Below, in pieces: positions 57,619-64,000 of a DNA stretch of 64,000 bases. The notes below the pieces were generated by a model. It was not told the origin of the DNA. It worked only from the letters and a program-made list of their open reading frames with translations, and made no database searches. The DNA is from a virus: positions 32,001 through 96,000 of IMG/VR virus record IMGVR_UViG_3300005573_001166. One strand, 5' to 3'. The position numbers and the translations under genes are program-made. Each line of letters opens with the position of its first letter. The first letter of the stretch is position 1.

Positions 57619-58626
57619 ATGATTATATCTAAAACTCCTTACAGAGTATCATTTATAGGCGGAGGAACAGACTACCCTACATGGTATAGGGAGCATAAAG
57701 GCGCAGTGATATCTACTACAATAGATAAGTATTGTTATGTTATTTGCAGGTATTTACCCTGTACTTTTCACAGCAGGCATGTAGTTGTTTGGTCTTATAT
57801 AGAGGCAGTGCAATCGATATCTGAAATTTTACATCCTGCAGTGAGGGCAGCCTTACAATATCTAGATTTTGACGATAGTAAGAGCATATCCATATATTAC
57901 CAAGGGGATCTACCAGCTAGGGCAGGAATGGGATCAAGTTCTACTTTTACGGTAGGTTTACTACATGCATTAACTAGACTAAAAGGGCAGTTCTTATCAA
58001 AAAGGGACCTAGCGCAAAAAGCAATATTTTTGGAACAAGATATTTTAAAAGAGAGTGTAGGATCCCAAGATCAGATAGCTGCTGCCTATGGGGGACTAAA
58101 TTTAATAGAACTTGCAGGCAACGATTTCTCTGTAATACCTCTAAACCTACCTTCTGATATCTACATTCAATTACAGAAAAATCTACTACTTTTTTATATA
58201 GGTTCGGGGCGTTTTGCTAATGTTATTGCTGCAGACATTGTAGCTAACATACCTAAGTCGTCGGACTTCTTACAAGAGCTTTATGGTTTAGTATATCAGG
58301 GAATAGACTTGTTAGAACAAGGTAACTTGGACGATTTTGGATACCTGTTACACCGAGGTTGGGAACTTAAAAAGGAGTTAAGTAAAAAAACCAGTAGTAG
58401 TTATATAGATAACATATACGAAACTGCTATAGGGGCAGGGGCATTGGGAGGCAAGTTGTTGGGTGCAGGAGGTACAGGGTTTATGCTTTTCTATGTTCCT
58501 GAGAAAAAGCAATCTAATGTTTTAAACGCTTTGCATTATTTTAACCATGTAAACTTCTCATTTGAGAAAGCGGGTACTCAGGTTATATTAGATACCTACA
58601 ACAATCCGCTATATGTTGATATGTAG
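57619..58626 (+). CDS. GHMP kinase, HddA-like heptose-7-phosphate kinase
   Basis: [39 protein letters not shown]. Confidence 0.9.
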   Translation: MIISKTPYRVSFIGGGTDYPTWYREHKGAVISTTIDKYCYVICRYLPCTFHSRHVVVWSYIEAVQSISEILHPAVRAALQYLDFDDSKSISIYYQGDLPARAGMGSSSTFTVGLLHALTRLKGQFLSKRDLAQKAIFLEQDILKESVGSQDQIAAAYGGLNLIELAGNDFSVIPLNLPSDIYIQLQKNLLLFYIGSGRFANVIAADIVANIPKSSDFLQELYGLVYQGIDLLEQGNLDDFGYLLHRGWELKKELSKKTSSSYIDNIYETAIGAGALGGKLLGAGGTGFMLFYVPEKKQSNVLNALHYFNHVNFSFEKAGTQVILDTYNNPLYVDM

Positions 58627-58634
58627 GTGAAAGG

Positions 58635-59135
58635 ATGAATATACTATTTAAAACTGATTGGTTTACTATAGAGTCCGTTCCAATGCCTGACGGTCAACCT
58701 TTCTTCTGCCTTAAATGTAAGGATGCCGTAATAGTTCTTGCAATTACTACAGATGATAAAATAGTTATGGTAAAGCAATACAGGCCTACCTTAAACAGAT
58801 ATGCGCTGGAGTTACCTGCCGGAAGTATAGAGGAGGGGGAATCTCCTTTAGCAGCAGCTAAGAGGGAATTATATGAGGAAACAGGATTTATATGTAACCG
58901 ATATACCCTCTTGTATAAGGGTCTTACCTGGCAAAGTAGAACAAATATGACTTTCTCCTTATATTTAGGATTAGATACCCAGTTCGATCACAATTACAAA
59001 GCATCTGAAGATATACAAGTTGTACTAATAGATGTTACTGATGCCAAAAGATTGTTTTATGAAGGTATAGTAGATAACTTTATCTACTACACAGCTTTAA
59101 AACTAGCAGAAGAAAAATGTGGGATACGTTTTTAG
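58635..59135 (+). CDS. Nudix hydrolase
   Basis: QYR, ELPAG, Nudix box [22 protein letters not shown]. Confidence 0.92.
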   Translation: MNILFKTDWFTIESVPMPDGQPFFCLKCKDAVIVLAITTDDKIVMVKQYRPTLNRYALELPAGSIEEGESPLAAAKRELYEETGFICNRYTLLYKGLTWQSRTNMTFSLYLGLDTQFDHNYKASEDIQVVLIDVTDAKRLFYEGIVDNFIYYTALKLAEEKCGIRF

Positions 59136-59150
59136 AAAGGAGGGATTGTT

Positions 59151-60848
59151 TTGAGGGTAGCAGATTATATAACAGATTTTATCTATAAGTTAGGAGTAGA
59201 TACCGTCTTTACATTGGTCGGCGGCGGGTCTATATACCTAGACGATAGTTTAGAGTTGCATCCTAACATGAAATATATATGTGTTTGCAATGAGGCTACC
59301 GCTCCTATGATGGCAGAAGCCTATGCTAGGATAAAGGGGGGAATGGGAGCAACATATGTTACAACAGGTCCTGGAGGTACTAATGCTGTAACTGGGTTAG
59401 CAGAAGCCTATGTAGATTCTGCACCTATAATAATCATATCGGGTCAAGTTCCTCTTAAACATACTACGCATTTACTAAACAAATCGGGGGAAAGGCTTAG
59501 GACGTTCGGTACGCAGGAATTAGACATTATCAGTGTAGTTAAGCCTTTAACAAAGTATGCAGAAATGATAACAGATCCTAAAAGTATAAGGTATCACTTA
59601 GAGAAAGCTGCTTATTTAGCGGCTAAAGACAGAAAGGGGCCTGTTTGGTTAGATATTCCTTTAGATATACAAGCTGCAGAAATAACTCCCTCTGCATTAG
59701 AAGGCTTCACTCCAGAGGATGAAAAGGAAGAGATACTGTATGCGGATTTATGTAAAGTAATAGACTATTTACAGAGAGCAGAGAGGCCTCTAATAATAGC
59801 GGGTCAAGGTATAAGGGCTTCTAAATCGATACCTATATTCAGGAAGCTAGTACAGATGTTAAACATACCTATAGTATTCTCTAGATTGGGACAGGATCTA
59901 TTGCCCCACAATCATCCTAATGTTATAGGACATGGGGGTACAAAAGGTATTAGAGCAGCTGCTACTATTATGAGAGAGGCGGATGTGATTTTATGCCTAG
60001 GTTCTCGACTCTCTATACCTTTCGTCGGTGATAATTTAGAAATGATATCTGAGGATGCAGAAATAATAGTGGTAGATATAGACTTTGCAGAGCTTAGAAA
60101 ACCCGGAGTACTTATATCTTTAGCAATACAAGCAGATGTAAGTGATTTCATAAAGCAGCTTATTAACCTTTTATCTGAGATAGGTATAAAGGATCACAGC
60201 AACTGGATGTCTTACTGTAGAGATGTTAAGGAAAGGGAGGCTGTTAAACTTACGCAATTTACTGGTAATCCTATAAACCTATACTGGTTTTTATACAAAC
60301 TAGATCTATTCTCAGAAGACTATCATATCTTTATAAGTGATGCAGGCTCTAGTTACTTTGTATCCGGCCAGATGCTAAAATTTGAGAGAGGGCAGAGAGA
60401 GATTACATCAGGAGCATTTGCATCTATGGGACTTACAATCCCGCTAGCTATAGGAACTGCTGTTGCTTGTCCTAATAAACAAATATTAGCTGTAACAGGA
60501 GACGGCTCTCTAGAACTTAATATGCAAGAGTTAAAAACGATGGCGTGTAATAGACTTAACATAAAGCTTTTTGTTATTAATAACGGAGGATATGCATCTA
60601 TTAGAAATACGCAAGATGCTTTACTTGACAGCAGATATGTAGGATCTAATCAATACGAAGCAGGTACCTTAAATCTAAAGGCACTAGCTGATACTTTCGG
60701 ATTAGATTACTATAAAATAGACGATTGGAAGACCATTGACAAACAATTAAACGTAATTACCAAAGAAGACACCCCTGCCTTTATAGAAGTAATCTGTACC
60801 CCAAAACAAATCATACTAGAAAAAAAGAATAATTGGGGAGAGGTATAG
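59151..60848 (+). CDS. acetolactate-synthase-like TPP enzyme (YerE-like candidate)
   Basis: NEATAPMMAEAYAR, TTGPGGTN, GPVWLDIP, ASMG, GDGS..N..EL, NNGGY. Confidence 0.9.
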   Translation: MRVADYITDFIYKLGVDTVFTLVGGGSIYLDDSLELHPNMKYICVCNEATAPMMAEAYARIKGGMGATYVTTGPGGTNAVTGLAEAYVDSAPIIIISGQVPLKHTTHLLNKSGERLRTFGTQELDIISVVKPLTKYAEMITDPKSIRYHLEKAAYLAAKDRKGPVWLDIPLDIQAAEITPSALEGFTPEDEKEEILYADLCKVIDYLQRAERPLIIAGQGIRASKSIPIFRKLVQMLNIPIVFSRLGQDLLPHNHPNVIGHGGTKGIRAAATIMREADVILCLGSRLSIPFVGDNLEMISEDAEIIVVDIDFAELRKPGVLISLAIQADVSDFIKQLINLLSEIGIKDHSNWMSYCRDVKEREAVKLTQFTGNPINLYWFLYKLDLFSEDYHIFISDAGSSYFVSGQMLKFERGQREITSGAFASMGLTIPLAIGTAVACPNKQILAVTGDGSLELNMQELKTMACNRLNIKLFVINNGGYASIRNTQDALLDSRYVGSNQYEAGTLNLKALADTFGLDYYKIDDWKTIDKQLNVITKEDTPAFIEVICTPKQIILEKKNNWGEV

Positions 60849-60929
60849 TAATTACATACCCCTACAACAGAAAGGCCTTTATAGGGGGTTTTAGGCCGTT
60901 TTAGCCGTATTTTAAGGAGAGATTTAAAT

Positions 60930-61727
60930 TTGAAAGATATATCGTTTTTAAAGCGCAAGGCTAATCAATTTAGGGTAGATGTTTTAAGGAAAACGTATGA
61001 GACAAAAAAAGGTCACATAGGAGGAACTTTCTCCTGTATAGATATTTTAGTATATCTATATTACAATCTACTGCATATCCCATCGCCCACAGATAGTAAT
61101 AGGGATAGGGTTGTAATAGGTAAGGGACATATATGTTATGCTTTATATTGTATATTTGCAGATTTGGGTTGGATAGATAATGAGTTACTAGATGAGTGGG
61201 GTAAAAACGGTAGCTTTTTAGGGGGACAATTACACATAGATACTCCTGGGGTAGAGTATAGTTCTGGTTCTTTAGGGCATGCAGTAGGAGTTGGGGCGGG
61301 AATGGCTTGGGTAGCAAAGCATGATGGTAGAAAGTTTAAGGTATATGCTTTAATAGGAGATGGGGAGTGTGCTGAGGGGTCTATATGGGAGGCAATATCT
61401 TTTGCTGTAGCTGCTAAATTAGACAATCTAATAGTGATTGTAGATAGTAATAAGTTATCTGCTACAGATGTATCAGATGACCCTTTGCTTCCTAAAAAGT
61501 TTGAGTCTTTTGGTTGTACTGTTTATAGGGTAGACGGTCATGATTTTCAGGCATTAGATAACTGTTTTTCCAATATCTCTGGTCTGGGCCCCTCTGTTGT
61601 TATAGCCGATACTATAAAAGGCAAAGGTATATCTTTTGCAGAGCATGTTGCTAGGTGGCATAATGGTATCCCGAGTGAGCAGGAGTACTTTTCAGCTTTA
61701 ACAGAGTTAAGCGCCTTGGGAGTATAA
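60930..61727 (+). CDS. transketolase N-terminal subunit
   Basis: GHIGG, DRVVIGKGH, SGSLGH, GDGECAEGSIWEA, VDGHD, TIKGKG. Confidence 0.92.
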   Translation: MKDISFLKRKANQFRVDVLRKTYETKKGHIGGTFSCIDILVYLYYNLLHIPSPTDSNRDRVVIGKGHICYALYCIFADLGWIDNELLDEWGKNGSFLGGQLHIDTPGVEYSSGSLGHAVGVGAGMAWVAKHDGRKFKVYALIGDGECAEGSIWEAISFAVAAKLDNLIVIVDSNKLSATDVSDDPLLPKKFESFGCTVYRVDGHDFQALDNCFSNISGLGPSVVIADTIKGKGISFAEHVARWHNGIPSEQEYFSALTELSALGV

Positions 61728-61728
61728 A

Positions 61729-62595
61729 ATGGATATAAGAGATGTATTATTTGATACCGTATACGAGTTAGCAGCTGCGGATGACAGATTAATCTTTATA
61801 ACTGCAGATGCCGACGCATTTAGTTTGCATAAGTTTAAGAAAGATTTCCCGGATAGATTTATAAATATAGGGGTTGCCGAGCAGGCTTTAATAGATGTAG
61901 CTGCTGGTATAGCATTGACAGGTAAGAAGGTTTTTGTATATGCTATTACTCCTTTTATTACGATGAGGGTGTTTGAGCATATCAAAACTACCATGTGCGC
62001 TATGAATTTACCTGTAGTTATTATAGGGTTAGGTGTAGGCTTATCTTTTGGAAATGACGGCCCTACTCATCATGCTACCCAAGACATCTCAATAATGAGA
62101 GCATTGCCTGAATTGTCTATATACAATCCCTTTGACGCTTTTACCGCTAAAGAAAGTATAATAGAAGCGTATGAGGGGGGTGCTCCTAGCTACATACGGC
62201 TGGATAAAGGGGAGTATCCTAACAGGGAATATGAGTATAAGAGTGGAGTAGCCGTTAGAAGGGTTTTTACTGCAGACAGATTGATAATAAGTACGGGTAC
62301 TATAGTACATACTATATTAGAGGTAGACTCTTACAGCGATGTATGGAGCATAGTTAAATTGAAGCCTCTTTGCATAAAGGAACCTTTTGGATATAAAGAG
62401 GTATTTGTAATTGAGGAGCATTCGAAGACTGGAGGGTTGGGATCTGCTTTGAAGGAAAGTTTTCCTAGTTTAGAGTTCAGGCATTACTGTCTACCTGATG
62501 AGCAGATATTTAAATATGGAAGTAGAGAGTATTTATTAGAGCTTTTCGGTTTAGGTAAAAAATCTTTATCAAAAATTTTAGGAGGAAAGATGTGA
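61729..62595 (+). CDS. transketolase C-terminal subunit
   Basis: RFINIGVAEQ, DGPTHH, YIRL, EEH..GGLGS. Confidence 0.92.
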   Translation: MDIRDVLFDTVYELAAADDRLIFITADADAFSLHKFKKDFPDRFINIGVAEQALIDVAAGIALTGKKVFVYAITPFITMRVFEHIKTTMCAMNLPVVIIGLGVGLSFGNDGPTHHATQDISIMRALPELSIYNPFDAFTAKESIIEAYEGGAPSYIRLDKGEYPNREYEYKSGVAVRRVFTADRLIISTGTIVHTILEVDSYSDVWSIVKLKPLCIKEPFGYKEVFVIEEHSKTGGLGSALKESFPSLEFRHYCLPDEQIFKYGSREYLLELFGLGKKSLSKILGGKM

Positions 62596-63509
62596 GGATA
62601 ACTATAGAGGATCTAGTTGAATCTTTTGGGGCAACGGCGGAAGATATACCGACAGAAGTAAAAGACTTACTTATCTCAAATCCTTTAGAGTACGAGATAT
62701 TAGAAGGAAAGGATAAGGAGGAGGTTATACTAAAAGTACTTAAAAAGATTTATTCCGATCAACAAAAGGTAGGAACAGAGGAGCGTAAGGAGGTTTGGTT
62801 TAGGGGGTGGAAGGAGAATTTGGACGCTTATAGAGAGAGCAGAGACTTAAAAGACCTAACTCCTAAATTTATAAGGCCCAACTCCCCTATTAGATTTAAA
62901 GGCAACTTTATACAGCCCACAGTGCATAATTTTGAGTTAGACTTTTTCCACTTATTTAGAATTTACCTGTTTAAGAAGTATTTTAAGGGCTTTAAGTATA
63001 TATACGACTTCGGGTGCGGCTCTTGTTTTAACACAGTAATCCTTGCTGCTTTATTTCCGGACTCAACCATTACAGCATTAGACTTCGTTTCTAGTTCTAT
63101 GGAAATAGTAGACGAATTGAAAAAAGACTTCAGCAATATACAAGGCCATTTATTCGACTTAACCCTTCCCAATTATAACGTAAAACTGGAAGAAGAGAGT
63201 CTAGTATTTACGTCAGGTACTATAGAACAAGTAGCTTCCAAGTTTTACCCTTTCTTAAATTACCTACTATATTATAAACCTAAACTCTGTGTCCACATAG
63301 AACCTGTTATAGAGCTATATGACGAGAACAATTTGTTAGATTACTTGGCTATCTTGTTTCATAGAAAAAGAGGCTATAGTACCGGATTTCTACCAGCGTT
63401 ATATGCACTGGTAGAGCTGCGTAAAGTGGAAATATTAAAGGTAAAAAGGCTTCATTTTGGAAGCATGATGATGGAAGGTTTTACTAATATAATCTGGAGG
63501 CCGCTATGA
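62592..63509 (+). CDS. class I SAM-dependent methyltransferase-like protein
   Basis: IYDFGCGS motif I, ALD, FDL, IEQ, HIEP. Confidence 0.75.
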   Translation: MRITIEDLVESFGATAEDIPTEVKDLLISNPLEYEILEGKDKEEVILKVLKKIYSDQQKVGTEERKEVWFRGWKENLDAYRESRDLKDLTPKFIRPNSPIRFKGNFIQPTVHNFELDFFHLFRIYLFKKYFKGFKYIYDFGCGSCFNTVILAALFPDSTITALDFVSSSMEIVDELKKDFSNIQGHLFDLTLPNYNVKLEEESLVFTSGTIEQVASKFYPFLNYLLYYKPKLCVHIEPVIELYDENNLLDYLAILFHRKRGYSTGFLPALYALVELRKVEILKVKRLHFGSMMMEGFTNIIWRPL

Positions 63510-64000
63510 ATCTAGGTTTAAAAGATAAGGTTGCTATAGTAACTGGGGGCAGTCATGGTATAGGTCTAGCTATTGCCCAAGCACTTGCAACAGAAGGCTG
63601 TAAAGTGGTAGTATGTTCTAGAGATCCTATCAAACTTAAGGCTGCTTACGAAGCTGCAAGTAAGGCAATTCTTACTATACAAGCAGACATGACGAAGGAT
63701 GAGGATATACACAAGTTAGTAGATACTACTATAACTAGTTTTGGAACAGTACATATACTTGTAAACAATGTAGGAGGAGGGGGAAGATGGGGCAAGGAGG
63801 ATGTATTAGAGACTCCTTTGCAGGTTTGGCAAGAAGTATACGATAAGAATGTAGGTGCTGCGGTTAAATGTACTTTAGCTGTATTACCTTATATGGTAAA
63901 ACAGAAATGGGGTAGGGTAGTAACTGTAACATCTACATTAGGTAAGGAAGGTGGGGGGAGGCCTTGGTTTAATGTAGCTAAGACGGCAGAAACCGCCTTG
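63506..64000 (+). CDS. SDR oxidoreductase, runs off the window end
   Basis: MNLGLKDKVAIVTGGSHGIG, LVNNVGG, WGRVV; ATGA overlap with the previous stop. Confidence 0.85.
   Translation, partial: MNLGLKDKVAIVTGGSHGIGLAIAQALATEGCKVVVCSRDPIKLKAAYEAASKAILTIQADMTKDEDIHKLVDTTITSFGTVHILVNNVGGGGRWGKEDVLETPLQVWQEVYDKNVGAAVKCTLAVLPYMVKQKWGRVVTVTSTLGKEGGGRPWFNVAKTAETAL

Noticed and set aside
54526-62595. E1 alpha/beta, ALS and transketolase as central-metabolism auxiliary genes
   Set aside because: No E2/E3 or ALS small subunit is seen, and all are embedded among NDP-sugar genes, so a sugar-tailoring role fits better.
385-63172. The many 60-155 aa minus-strand ORFs
   Set aside because: They are antisense shadows of long + strand genes with no recognisable motifs; only 8133-8705 lies mostly in its own space and has an SD.
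1-64000. tRNA/rRNA genes, integrase, transposase, Ku
   Set aside because: None recognised by eye; a tRNAscan/HMM run would be needed to exclude them firmly.

Overview
The window looks like part of a large tailed (HK97-fold) bacteriophage genome. Nearly all genes are on the + strand, with bacterial Shine-Dalgarno sites and sigma70/sigmaA-type promoters. It has four blocks. (1) 1-8.2 kb: 7-deazaguanine pathway genes (queC, queD, queE), recA, an SbcD nuclease with a Rad50/SbcC ATPase split into pieces, and a Holliday-junction resolvase. (2) 8.8-20.6 kb: a candidate small terminase, the large terminase, a 1407-aa mosaic protein and the portal. (3) 21-48.7 kb: a greatly expanded head module of giant proteins, ending in a prohead protease/scaffold, a decoration-like protein and the major capsid protein. 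(4) 48.9-64 kb: glycosyltransferases and a nucleotide-sugar pathway with three separate TPP-dependent enzyme systems. The most striking observation is that the three catalytic modules of the bacterial NHEJ enzyme LigD (ATP-dependent ligase, AEP-type polymerase, 3'-phosphoesterase) are each embedded in a different giant head-module protein. They and many other modules are bounded by a recurring (K/R/V)-x-A|(A/G/S/Q/D/E) motif. This suggests polyproteins that the assemblin-fold prohead protease cuts into a virion-packaged DNA end-repair kit. All family calls come from motifs recognised by eye; no searches were run.
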